64,000 nt of DNA from an uncultured Alphaproteobacteria bacterium (GCA_963766925.1 CAVYCI010000003.1:879-64878); one strand, 5' to 3'. Shown: positions 18,122 to 28,459, numbered from the stretch's first letter. A program made the numbers and translations. The notes: generated by a model not told the origin, from the sequence alone.

Positions 18122-18429
18122 ATCGCGGCGGGAACCGGGATTTGGGTGCCATTCGCCCATGAGGCAACCAGGTCAGTTGACGCGACTGACGGGCGTGCCG
18201 GCCTTCAGGTCAGTGACAGCCTAATGAAAGCTCAAAACGCTGATCGTGATGGAGCCGATAGCCTTGCCATTATCGGTTGCACCCGCCGTCATCGCGGCTG
18301 CACAGGCTGAATCGACTCGCGTCGCGAGTTCGCGATGAAGCCGACATGCGCCGCCGGGCTATCGGCCACACCTATGTGCCAGCCGTTGCGACCGCGTGAC
18401 CAGGCCGAATTACAAAACCTTGAAATTAT

Positions 18430-18505
18430 TGGCGCTCCCTACCGGAATCGAACCGGTGTTTCAGCCTTGAGAGGGCCGCGTCCTGGACCGCTAGACGAAG
18501 GGAGC
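18430..18505 (-). tRNA. tRNA-Glu (anticodon CUC)
   Basis: The reverse complement is GCTCCCTTCGTCTAGCGGTCCAGGACGCGGCCCTCTCAAGGCTGAAACACCGGTTCGATTCCGGTAGGGAGCGCCA. It folds as a cloverleaf with a 7-bp acceptor stem, anticodon loop CU-CUC-AA, GGTTCGATTCC T-arm and an encoded CCA. Confidence 0.9.
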
Positions 18506-18670
18506 GTGACGGTCGAAATAGCCCCGATGGCGCGGGCGTGCAAGCGTTGCCTCATTTGCGGCGCGCGCCTCGGGGTGGGGAATGAAACCCGGTGCCACGG
18601 CCGGGGATTCCGCAGTTGCGCCCGGGCAAGGGCCAAGGCAAAGCCCCCCGCCGCGCACAAGACGAACGCG

Positions 18671-19111
18671 TCAGGGCTCGGTGGCGAACCTGATCCGTCC
18701 GGTCTCCTTCAGCGTCCTGACGTCGAAGGTGCGTATTTCCGTGGCGCCGGCGATATCGAGCGTCACGACGATGCGGTCGTCGGCCACCGCGGTCGCGGTC
18801 ACGCGCGCGCCCTTCGGCAATGTGGTAATGGCCTCGGCGGGCGCCGCGGTGCCGTTGCCGCCGGCCCGGTAGACACGATAACCGATCACGCCCACCACAG
18901 CCGCGATCGCAAGGAGCGTGGTCAGGCCCGATATGATCATCAGCCAGCGCACGCGCGCGACCATGCCGGAGGCGACGGCGTCGAGTTCGGGCTCGGAAGC
19001 CGCCTCGCGCACGTCGCCGGACTGCCGCGCGTCCGGCTGGTTTTCCTGCCGGTCTTTGTGCCGGTTTTCTTGCCGGTCTTCGTGCCGCTCGGCGGCAGCT
19101 AATTTCGCCAT
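18671..19111 (-). CDS. Membrane-anchored hypothetical protein, divergent from rluD
   Basis: Charged repeat ERHEDRQENRHKDRQENQ, one TM helix (WLMIISGLTTLLAIAAVVGVIGY), then a beta-rich domain (RVTATAVADDRIVVTLDIAGATEIRTFDV). Confidence 0.6.
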   Translation of the reverse strand: MAKLAAAERHEDRQENRHKDRQENQPDARQSGDVREAASEPELDAVASGMVARVRWLMIISGLTTLLAIAAVVGVIGYRVYRAGGNGTAAPAEAITTLPKGARVTATAVADDRIVVTLDIAGATEIRTFDVRTLKETGRIRFATEP

Positions 19112-19134
19112 CTGGATACCTGAATAGACACTCG

Positions 19135-20181
19135 ATGAAGTCCACGCAGAAATCGATCAGTATTTCGCCCGAGGACGCCGGCGCGCGGCTCGACCGCGCT
19201 CTCGCCGCCCAGGTCGCCGAACTCTCCCGTACCCGGCTCAAGGCGCTGATCGAGGCGGGCGCGGTCGCGATCGACGGGCGCACGATCCGCGATCCCGGCC
19301 ATCGCGTCAATTCGGGCGCGGCGATCGTGGTCGATATTCCGGAACCGGAGCCTGCGAAGCCCGCGCCGGAGCCGATTCCGCTCAACGTGGTTTACGAGGA
19401 CGCCGACATCATCGTCATCGACAAGCCAAAGGGTCTGGTCGTGCATCCCGCGGCCGGACACGCCACCGGCACGCTGGTCAACGCGCTGATCGCGCATTGC
19501 GGCGACAGCCTCTCGGGCATCGGCGGAGAACGGCGGCCTGGCATCGTGCACCGGCTCGACAAGGACACCACCGGCCTGATGGTGGTCGCGAAGAACGACC
19601 TGGCGCACCGGGCGCTGGCGGCGCAATTCGCGAGCCACGGCCGCGATGGCGACGGTTTCGAGCGCGGCTACCTCGCGTTCGTCTGGGGCGCGCCGGACCG
19701 GCCGCGCGGCACCGTCGACCGCCCCATCGACCGGCACAAAATCGCCCGCGATCGCATGGCGATCCGCGAGGGTGGACGCGAGGCGGTCACGCACTGGGAG
19801 GTTCTGGCGCGATACGGGGCTCCGAAGGCCGCGAAGCGGCTCCCCGGAGGCGGCGCCGCGGGGCCGGTAGCGAGCCTGCTGGCCTGCACGCTTGAAACCG
19901 GCCGAACCCACCAGATCCGGGTGCACTTGGCCTCGATCGGGCACCCGCTGCTGGGTGACAATACCTACGGCGCCGGTTTCCGAACCAAAGCAGCCCTGCT
20001 GCCGGACCAGGCCCAATTCGCGCTGATGGCCCTTGGCAGACAGGCTCTGCATGCCCATATACTGTCGATAAAGCACCCCACCAGCGATAAAATCCTGAGA
20101 TTTCGGGCGGAACTGCCGCCCGATCTGGTCCGTTTGCAAAAGGGACTGGCGGCCATGCAGGCAGCGCCTGACAAGTCGTAA
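19135..20181 (+). CDS. rluD: 23S rRNA pseudouridine synthase, RluD/RluA family
   Basis: N-terminal S4-like domain (RLDRALA...SRTRLKALIEAGAV) and the catalytic HRLDKDTTGLMVVAKN motif. Confidence 0.9.
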   Translation: MKSTQKSISISPEDAGARLDRALAAQVAELSRTRLKALIEAGAVAIDGRTIRDPGHRVNSGAAIVVDIPEPEPAKPAPEPIPLNVVYEDADIIVIDKPKGLVVHPAAGHATGTLVNALIAHCGDSLSGIGGERRPGIVHRLDKDTTGLMVVAKNDLAHRALAAQFASHGRDGDGFERGYLAFVWGAPDRPRGTVDRPIDRHKIARDRMAIREGGREAVTHWEVLARYGAPKAAKRLPGGGAAGPVASLLACTLETGRTHQIRVHLASIGHPLLGDNTYGAGFRTKAALLPDQAQFALMALGRQALHAHILSIKHPTSDKILRFRAELPPDLVRLQKGLAAMQAAPDKS

Positions 20182-20403
20182 AGTCTTACCACTACAACGG
20201 ATTTTAAACGCTGTCGGATGCATCACGGGCTCGTCGCGCCGATGTTACGGCAAGTTCACTTCCACTGGTCCGATTCGGCCCGTATACCGTTTATGTTGCG
20301 AGTGCGAAGAGAAACTGGCTTTCGCCGTCGGCTCGGGGAGCGACGGCACCACCCCGTTCGCCGCGCTGGCGGGAACGTAAATTTTTGAGGAAAGGGCGCT
20401 ACG

Positions 20404-21309
20404 ATGGCCCAGACTGCTGCACTGCCCATTCTGTCCGGTGAAACCGGCCTTACCAGATATCTCGAAGAAATCCGCCGGTTCCCGATGCTGGAACCGCAGG
20501 AAGAATTCATGCTGGCCAAAAGCTGGCGCGAGCACGAGGACCGCGAAGCGGCTCATCGGCTCGTCACCAGCCATTTGCGCCTCGTCGCCAAGATTGCCAT
20601 GGGCTATCGCGGCTACGGGCTGCCGATTTCGGAAGTGATCTCCGAGGGCAACGTCGGCCTGATGCAGGCGGTCAAGCGTTTCGAGCCCGACAAGGGCTTC
20701 CGCCTGGCGACCTACGCGATGTGGTGGATCAAGGCCGCGATCCAGGAATACATCCTGCGCTCGTGGTCGCTTGTGAAGATGGGCACCACCGCCAATCAGA
20801 AGAAGCTGTTCTTCAATCTGCGCAAGGCTAAGAGCCGGATCTCGGCGCTCGACGAAGGCGACATGCGTCCCGATCAGGTCAAGCTGATCGCGAAGCGCCT
20901 CGGCGTGACCGAGCAGGACGTGATCGACATGAACCGCCGGCTCGGCGGCGATGCGTCGCTCAACGCGCCGATCCGCGAAGACGGCGATTCCGGCGAGTGG
21001 ATGGACTGGCTGGTCGACGACAGCGTCAGCCAGGAAAGCCGGCTTGCGGAATCCGAGCAGTCGAGCAACCGGCACAAGGCGCTGGGCGAAGCGCTCGGCG
21101 TGCTCAACGATCGCGAGCGGCGCATCTTCGAGGCGCGGCGGCTTGCCGACGAGCCGATCACGCTGGAAGAACTCGCCGACGAGTTTGGCGTGTCGCGCGA
21201 GCGCGTCCGCCAGATCGAGGTGCGCGCGTTCGAGAAAGTGCAGAAGGCGGTGAAGAACACCATCGCCACGATGGAAACTCCCGCGGCCGCCGTTGCGGCC
21301 GCGCACTAA
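20404..21309 (+). CDS. rpoH: RNA polymerase sigma-32 heat-shock factor
   Basis: Region 2 VTSHLRLVAKIA, the RpoH box QKKLFFNLRK, and region 4 LADEFGVSRERVRQIE. Confidence 0.9.
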   Translation: MAQTAALPILSGETGLTRYLEEIRRFPMLEPQEEFMLAKSWREHEDREAAHRLVTSHLRLVAKIAMGYRGYGLPISEVISEGNVGLMQAVKRFEPDKGFRLATYAMWWIKAAIQEYILRSWSLVKMGTTANQKKLFFNLRKAKSRISALDEGDMRPDQVKLIAKRLGVTEQDVIDMNRRLGGDASLNAPIREDGDSGEWMDWLVDDSVSQESRLAESEQSSNRHKALGEALGVLNDRERRIFEARRLADEPITLEELADEFGVSRERVRQIEVRAFEKVQKAVKNTIATMETPAAAVAAAH

Positions 21310-21324
21310 TCCCGGAATTCCCGT

Positions 21325-24300
21325 TTAATCCGCCATATCGGCCAGCGCCGCTTCGGCGCGGCGCGCCAGGATGATTGCGCCCTGGCGCTCCGCGACGTCG
21401 CGCGCAGTACCGAAAGCCCGCCGCGCCTCGTCGCGGTTGTCGCGGTCGAGAGCCAGCAGCAGATGGCCGCGCAGACGATAGATTTCCGGCAGATAAAATC
21501 CGACGCCGGGTTCGTCTATCCCCGCAATGGCGCGATCAAGGTACGCGAGACCGTCGGCCGGGCGGCCTGCTGCCAGCATGACCTCGGCCGCTACGGCCAG
21601 ATAATATTGCGGCAGCGGGCCGGCAGCGGTGGCGGCGCCCAGCTCGGCGTCGATCACGCGCGCCGCGTCGGCGACGCCTGAGCCTACCGCCGTCGCCCAT
21701 CCCCGCAGCACCGCGCTGCTCGCACGCCAAAGTGTCAGCCCGAACTTCTCGGCAAGGACCGCCGCCCGATCAGCGGCCACAAACGTTGCGGCCCGGTCGC
21801 CGATGATCTGATGCCCCATCGCGCCGTTGTGCAGCGCGTGTCCGAGGCTGTTGGCGTGGTCGAGCATTTCGGCCAGCGCGATCGCCTGCGTATAGTGATT
21901 TCGAGCCGCTGCCTGGTCGCCGGAAGTCTGTAAAACGTTGGCAAGCACCACCTGCGCGCACACACCGGGATCGTGTCCGCCGAACGCGTGGCCGAGGTGA
22001 CGGTGGCGCGCGATGTCATAGGTCGCGACGCCAATCCGCGCATCATCGACGGCTGCTGCGACATCGCCGCGGAAAAAAGCCGTCGACCAGCGGCAATGAT
22101 AGGCTTCGAGCAGCATTTCCCCGTCACCGGAACGCTTCGCGAGCGCCACCAGTTCGACGGCCCGATCGCGCGCAAGCGCCGTCTTGCGCTGCAGATTGGC
22201 GGTGAGCCACAAGCCCCATTTGGCTTTATACGATCCGGCGGCGTCGTCCAGCTGTTCGCCAAGTTCACTGGCGCGACGATAGACAGCCTCGACTTCGGGG
22301 CTCTGCATGCCGCGAAGCGGCATCAGCGCCGGACCGAGCTTGAGCAAAAAATCAAGCTGGCGGCGCGGACGGTCGGCCGGCTCCGGCAGGGTTTCCGCCA
22401 GTTTGAGACCGGTCGAAAAATGCGCCGTCGCTTCCTGATAAGCCGAACGCTGCACCGCGTGATCGCCCGCGCGCATCCGGTAATCGCAGGCGGGACCGGC
22501 CAGTCCGGCTTCGCCGAAATGATACGCCAGCAGTTCCGGTTCATTCGCCGCCACTTCGGGAAAACGCTGCTCGAGCGCGCGACCGATGCGCGCGTGCCAT
22601 TCCCGCCGCCGGCCCAGCAGCAAACTTTCATAAGCCGCGTCGCGCACCAGTCCATGTTTGAAGCTGAAGCTCTGATCGCGACCGCGCCCTTCGGGAAACA
22701 CGATCCCCGACGCGACCAGCTTCGCCAGCGCGGTCTCGAGCGCGGCGCCGCCCCTGGGAGCGACTGCGTCGAGCAGTGACAGCGCGAATTGCCGCCCTAT
22801 CACGCTTGCGATCTGCGCCACCTCGCGGGCATCGCCGAGGCGATCAAGCCGCGCCATCAACGAGTCTTTGAGAGTCGCAGGCACCGCCGCGCTGTCCTCG
22901 CCGGCGGATTCCACTACGCTACGGGTCAATTCCTCGGCGAACAGCGGAATGCCGTCCGTCTTTGCGACGATGGTCGCAATGGTGCCCGGCGAGAGGCCGT
23001 GAGCGGCGGCGATCCCCGCGATCAGTTCGGCGCATTCCGCCCGGCTGAGCCTGCCGAGCGTCAACAGCATCGCATGTGGCCGCGTCAGCCAGGGTGGCGT
23101 GAAGTCCGGCCGCGCGGCCACGACAACAAGCAGCCGCGCCTGCGCGATACAGTCGGAAATGCGCGTCATCATTTCCAGTGTCGTGGCGTCGATCCAGTGG
23201 GCGTCTTCCAGAACCAGAAGCACCGGATCGGTCTCGCCGAGACGGACGATCTCGTCGACCAGAAGCGCAATGAGCGCCGCCTTGCGCTGGGCGGGCATCA
23301 ACGAAAGCAGTGCGGTCGTCTCCAGTGGAATTGACAGCAGTTCCGCCAGCAACGGAATCGCCGCGGCGTCCGATTGTGCCCGCCGCGCGAACAGGACGCC
23401 GAGCTTCGCGATCCGGTCGGGCGGAAGATCCGTCGCCGCGAACCCCGCCGCGCGCGCAAGATGCCGGATCAGCGGATAGAGCGCGCTGTCGCTGTGATGG
23501 GGCGAGCATTGCAAATGAATGCGCGTATGCGGCTCAGGCGCGATCGCCTGCTCCAGGGCCTCGACGGAGCGGGATTTGCCTATCCCGGCCTCGCCGATCA
23601 GGGTAACGATCTGGCCCTCGCCGCCGCGCGCCCGTCGCCAGCGGTCCAGCATCAGCCCCATTTCGTGGCCGCGGCCGATCAGGGGCGTGCTGCCGCCGGT
23701 GCGGATGGCGGCGAAACGGCTCTCGATGGCGGCCTCACCGATCACGCGCCACGCCGGCACCGGACGTGAAAATCCTTTCAGCTCGTGCTCGCCGGTGCGC
23801 TCAAGCTCGAACAGTTTGCCAAGCAGATTTTGCGTGGTCTCGCTGATCAGGATGGTGTCAGGGGCCGCCAGCGCCTGAAGCCGGGCGGCGAGATTGGGCG
23901 TTTCGCCGACGATGGTGCGTTCCTGCGCAATACCGGTGCCGACGATTTCACCGACGACCACAAGCCCGGTGGCGATGCCGACCCGCGCCTGAACGCGCGT
24001 GCCGTCCGGGCGCTGGATGGCGCCGACTTCCGCCAGTATGGCGATTGCCGCGCGGACGGCGCGTTCGGCCGCGTCCTCGAACGCGCTTGGAAAGCCGAAA
24101 TAGGCGAGCACGCCGTCGCCCATGAATTTGGCGACGAAGCCGCCAAAGCGGCCGATGGCGCCGGCGGCGGTATCCTGATAGCGCCGGATCAAATTTCCCA
24201 GCAGTTCCGGATCGACCGTGCCGGACAGCGCGGTCGAGCCGACCATGTCGCAGAACATCACCGTGACCTGACGCCGTTCCGCGTCCAGGGGCGCCGCAGA

Positions 24301-24516
24301 AGACACGGCATCATCAGGGGCCGGTGCGGCAATCCCGGCCCCGCACCCGGCGATCGCCTTGAGAAGCCGCCGCCGATTGCCAAGCGACACCCCGAGCTGC
24401 TCGAGATCCCGTTCGGTCAGTTCAGGAAGGATGTCGAGGTCGATATCGGCCGCCTCGAACACGTCGGCATACTGCTCGAACCTGTTGCTTCGCAACCAGT
24501 CGCGAAGGTTGCTCAT
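21325..24516 (-). CDS. Multidomain SAM domain - class III adenylate/guanylate cyclase - AAA/STAND-type NTPase - TPR/helical repeat protein
   Basis: SAM: MSNLRDWLRSNRFEQYADVFEAADIDLDILPELTERDLEQLGVSLGNRRRLLKAI. Cyclase: RRQVTVMFCDMVGSTALS, FMGDGVLAYFGFP, GETPNLAARLQ. Walker A is LIGEAGIGKSR and Walker B is LLVLEDAHWID. There is a roughly 450-aa helical repeat C-terminus. The ATG at 24516 follows GGGAGAA; the ORF track extends to 24552. Confidence 0.85.
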   Translation of the reverse strand: MSNLRDWLRSNRFEQYADVFEAADIDLDILPELTERDLEQLGVSLGNRRRLLKAIAGCGAGIAAPAPDDAVSSAAPLDAERRQVTVMFCDMVGSTALSGTVDPELLGNLIRRYQDTAAGAIGRFGGFVAKFMGDGVLAYFGFPSAFEDAAERAVRAAIAILAEVGAIQRPDGTRVQARVGIATGLVVVGEIVGTGIAQERTIVGETPNLAARLQALAAPDTILISETTQNLLGKLFELERTGEHELKGFSRPVPAWRVIGEAAIESRFAAIRTGGSTPLIGRGHEMGLMLDRWRRARGGEGQIVTLIGEAGIGKSRSVEALEQAIAPEPHTRIHLQCSPHHSDSALYPLIRHLARAAGFAATDLPPDRIAKLGVLFARRAQSDAAAIPLLAELLSIPLETTALLSLMPAQRKAALIALLVDEIVRLGETDPVLLVLEDAHWIDATTLEMMTRISDCIAQARLLVVVAARPDFTPPWLTRPHAMLLTLGRLSRAECAELIAGIAAAHGLSPGTIATIVAKTDGIPLFAEELTRSVVESAGEDSAAVPATLKDSLMARLDRLGDAREVAQIASVIGRQFALSLLDAVAPRGGAALETALAKLVASGIVFPEGRGRDQSFSFKHGLVRDAAYESLLLGRRREWHARIGRALEQRFPEVAANEPELLAYHFGEAGLAGPACDYRMRAGDHAVQRSAYQEATAHFSTGLKLAETLPEPADRPRRQLDFLLKLGPALMPLRGMQSPEVEAVYRRASELGEQLDDAAGSYKAKWGLWLTANLQRKTALARDRAVELVALAKRSGDGEMLLEAYHCRWSTAFFRGDVAAAVDDARIGVATYDIARHRHLGHAFGGHDPGVCAQVVLANVLQTSGDQAAARNHYTQAIALAEMLDHANSLGHALHNGAMGHQIIGDRAATFVAADRAAVLAEKFGLTLWRASSAVLRGWATAVGSGVADAARVIDAELGAATAAGPLPQYYLAVAAEVMLAAGRPADGLAYLDRAIAGIDEPGVGFYLPEIYRLRGHLLLALDRDNRDEARRAFGTARDVAERQGAIILARRAEAALADMAD

Positions 24517-24573
24517 ATCGAGTTCTCCCAGATACACGGCCGACATTCGCACCAGCCAGGTGCCGGGACACGT

Positions 24574-26014
24574 TCACGCCCGATCGCCTGTCCACTCGGC
24601 CAGCCATCCGCGGAGCGGCCATCGCGCGACAAGCATTGCCGCGCCGGCCGCAGCAGCGATCAAAGCGATCATCAAAAAGAACTGTGGCTTTTCCATTCTG
24701 GTCCAGAAGCTGCCCAGCCAGCCGGCGAGGAATCCGCCGACAAAACTCGTCGCGAGCCACACTCCCATCATCATCGACAAAATCCGCGCCGGAGCAATAT
24801 TCGCGACCAGCGAAAGCCCGATCGGCGAGGTGTACAGCTCCGCCACGGTAATGACGGCGAAGAAAGCGAGCAGCCACAGCCAGCTTGCCTGGCCGTCGCC
24901 TGCACGCCACGCCGCGAACGCCATGATGGCATAGGACAGCGTGGCGCCGAAGCAGCCGAGCGCCATCTTGACGACGGTCGACGGCTCAACGCCACGCGCC
25001 GCCTGACGGGTCCACAACGCAACGATGAACGGCGTGAAGGCAAAGATCATGAAGGGATTGAAGGCCTGAAACCAGGTGGTCGGGATTTGCCCGCTCCAGC
25101 CGAACACGCTGATGGTGCGATCGGTGTAAGTGTCGGCCCATAAGGCTATGCTGTTGCCGGTCTGTTCGTAGGTCCCGAAGAACAGGGCGGTCGGCAGGAA
25201 CAGCACCAGCAGCGCGATCACAGCGCGGCCCTCGTTGCGGCCGAGCGGCTTGCGCACCGCGGGGGACGTTCTCGCCTTGTGCAGTTCGTCCTCCGGCAAC
25301 AGCGGCAGCGCATAGAGATAAATCGACAGCCCGATCAGCATGCCGACGCCGGCCGCGGCAAAACCGTAATGCCACCCCGCCTTCTCGCCGAGCGTGCCGC
25401 AGACCAGCGGCGCGAGGAACGCGCCGATATTGATGCCGACATAGAAAATGGAATAGGCGCGGTCGCGGCGCCGGTCCCCCGGCGCATAAAGCCGCCCGAC
25501 CTGCGTGGAAATATTCGGCTTGAACGCACCGTTGCCGAGGATCAGGGCGGCCAGCGCCAGCAGAAAAAGCTGCTCGACCGCCATCAGAAAATGACCGATC
25601 GCCATGAGCACCGCGCCGACGATAACCGTGCGGCGCTGGCCCAGCACGCGGTCGGCGAGAAGGCCGCCGAAAATCGGAGTGAGATAAACCAGCGCGGTAT
25701 ACAGCCCGTAGATCTGGGACGAGAGCGGCTGCACCTCGAGCGGGCCGAATACCGCTTCCAGCGCGCTTTTGAGGCCGGCAAGCCCTGCAACCTGCCCGGC
25801 GCGATCGGGTACCAGCAGATATTTCGTCATATAGAGGACAAGGAGCGAGCGCATCCCATAATACGAGAACCGCTCCCACATCTCGGTCGTGAACAGGAAG
25901 GCAAGGCCCCTGGGGTGGCCGAACAGGCCGGGCGCGAGCGCGCCTTGCAGGGCCCGCTGCCGGCGGGCTTCCGGGTGCTCGTGTAACCGCAGATTCTGGC
26001 AAATCTTCCGCCAT
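24574..26014 (-). pseudogene. POT/PTR2-family proton-dependent oligopeptide transporter with an apparent +1 frameshift in the first ~30 codons
   Basis: The ORF from 25881 starts at MWERFSYYGMRSLLVLYMT. The conserved LFGHPRGLAFLFTTE lies directly upstream in the same frame, with no start codon before a TGA. ATG 26014 (MAEDLPES...) is in the -1 frame. 1441 nt = 3n+1. Confidence 0.75.
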
Positions 26015-26121
26015 TCTCATTCCCGGCAAAGCGAGTATAAATCGATCCCTGACGGTCCGCATAACCACAGGCGGATGCAGGCTCCCGGCCTCTGGCGAGC
26101 CTGATCGAGGAGGAATAAAGC

Positions 26122-28459
26122 GTGACTAAATTCGGCATTGGCCAGCCCGTTGCGCGGCTGGAAGATCCCCGCTTCATCACCGGCCGCGGCCGCTACGTGG
26201 ACGACATCGATCTCCCGCGACAATGTCACGGTGTCGTGGTGATGTCGCCGCACGCGCACGCCCTCATCAAAAGCATCGACACTGCCAGGGCGAAGGCAGC
26301 CCCCGGCGTGCTGGCCGTACTGACCGGCGCCGACGTCGAGGCGGACGGGCTCGGCAGCCTCGTTCCGGTGATGCCGGAGGACATGGGCGGGCCGAAAGGC
26401 TTTCGCACCATGCGCCCGATCCTCAGCAGCAGGCGGGTGCGCGCGGTCGGCGACCGTGTCGCGTTCGTCGTCGCCGAAACGCTGGCGCAGGCACGCGACG
26501 CCGCCGAACTGGTCGAGGTCGAGTACGAGCAGCTTCCGTCCGTCATCGCCATGGAAGACGCCATCAAACCGGGCGCGCCGGCGGTCTGGGACGAGGCGCC
26601 GGACAATGTCGCCGTTACCCTGATGATGGGCAGCAAGGAAGCGACTGATGCTGCCTTCGCAAAGGCGAAGCACGTCGCCTCGGTCAGGCTGGTCAACAAC
26701 CGGGTCAACGCCAATTCGATCGAGCCGCGCGCCACGCTCGGCCAGTTTCATCCCGAGAACGACAGCTACACGCTCTACAGCACCACGCAGAACCCGCACG
26801 GCACCCGCGCGCATATCGCCCGGGACGTGCTGAAACTGCCCGAGGTCAGGGTGCGGGTAATCTCGCCGGACGTCGGCGGCGGCTTCGGCATGAAAGGCGC
26901 GGTTTATCCCGAGGACGCGCTGGTGCTTTGGGCCTCGCGGCGCTGCGGCGGACGTCCGGTCAAATGGGTGTCGACGCGCGCGGAGGCTTTCCTCGGCGAT
27001 TCTCACGGCCGCGACCAGGTCGTGACCGGCGAACTGGCGCTGGACGGAGGATGGCAAGATCCTCGGCCTGCGGGTCGACGCGCTGCACGGCATGGGCTCG
27101 CACGTATTCGATGCGTCGATGGTGGTGCCGCTGTTTGCGCTCAAGCTCGCGCCCGGCGTCTATCAGGTCCCGGCGGTGCACGCGGTCGGCCGCGCGGTGC
27201 TCACCAATACGCCCCCGCTGCAGCCCTATCGCGGCGCGGGACGGCCCGAAGCGACGTATCTGATCGAGCAGTTGCTCGACCGCGCCGCCCGCGTGATCGG
27301 CGTCGATCCGATCGAGATCCGGCGACGCAACTTCGTGCCGCCGTCCGCCATGCCGCACAAACTGCATTCCGGCATCGCCTTCGACAGCGGCGAGTTCATG
27401 CGCGTCATGGACGAATGCCTCAAGCTCGCCGACTGGGACGGCTTTCCGAAGCGTGCGGCGGAATCGAAAAAGCACGGCAAGCTGCGTGGCCGCGGCATCG
27501 GCTATTTCATCGAGGAAGCCGCGATATTCAACGACCGCATGGTGATCCGGTTCGATCCGAGCGGCACCCTGCAGATCCTCGCCGGCACGCATTCGCACGG
27601 CCAGGGCCATCAGACCGTCTACGCCCAGATGGTGCACGAATGGCTCGGCGTGCCGTTCGAGTCGATCGGCTTCGTCCAGGGCGACACCAACGAAGTGTCG
27701 ATCGGACGCGGCACCTACGGCTCGCGCAGCATGCATGTCGGCGGCAACGCGCTCAAACGCGCCGCCGACGCGATCATCGAGAAGGCGAAGCCGATGGCGG
27801 CGATGATGCTCGAGGCCGCCGTAGGCGATCTCGAGTTCAAGGACGGCAGCTTCCGCATCGTCGGCACCGACCGCGCGCTGCCGTTGACCGCAGTGGCGCA
27901 GTCGCTGCACCGGCCGATGTTTCTGCCGCCGCAGTTCGAAGTGGGTCTGGAAGCGTCGGGCACGTTCGCGGCCGAGCCGTCGAACTTTCCCAACGGCTGC
28001 CATCTCTGCGAGGTCGAGATCGATCCGGAAACCGGCGTCGTGACGCTGGCGCGTTACGCGGCGGTCGATGACGTCGGCAAGGTGATGAATCATCTGCTGT
28101 GCGAAGGGCAGATCCACGGCGGCGTGGCGCAGGGCGTGGGCCAGGCGCTGATGGAATCGATCGTGTTCGACGATGACGGCCAGCTCGTCACCGGCAGCTT
28201 CCAGGACTACGCGATGCCGCGCGCCGAGGATTTCCCCGATCTGCTGTCGGAACTGACCGAAGTGCCGGCCACCACCAATCCGCTCGGCGTCAAAGGCGCG
28301 GGCGAAGCCGGGGCGACCGGCGCGCCGCCGGCAGTGGTGGGCGCCATTCTCGACGCGCTGCGGCCGCTCGGCATCGAGCACATCGACATGCCGGCGACAC
28401 CAAACCGCGTCTGGCACGCGATTAACGATCGCGCCCCGGCAAAGATCGCGGCGGAATAA
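26122..28459 (+). pseudogene. Molybdopterin-binding large subunit of a xanthine dehydrogenase/CoxL-family hydroxylase, +1 frameshift at about 27046-27050
   Basis: The N-terminal frame reads GIGQPVARLEDPRFITGRGRYVDDI...ISPDVGGGFGMKG...ELALDG. The next frame continues (D)GKILGLRVDALHGMGSH...YRGAGRPEA... to a stop at 28459. 2338 nt = 3n+1. The context is GACGGAGGATGGC. Confidence 0.85.

Noticed and set aside
19020-19095. Roughly 12-nt periodic near-repeat (gccggtctttgt / gccggttttctt / gccggtcttcgt)
   Set aside because: It is not a CRISPR or satellite. It lies inside the 18671-19111 CDS and simply encodes the charged DRQENRHK-type peptide repeat.
18335-19385. ORFs 18335-19102 (plus strand, 255 aa) and 18552-19385 (minus strand, 277 aa)
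   Set aside because: The first reads straight through the tRNA-Glu gene. Both overlap the better-supported 18671-19111 gene and the rluD start, and both are Arg/Gly/Pro-rich.
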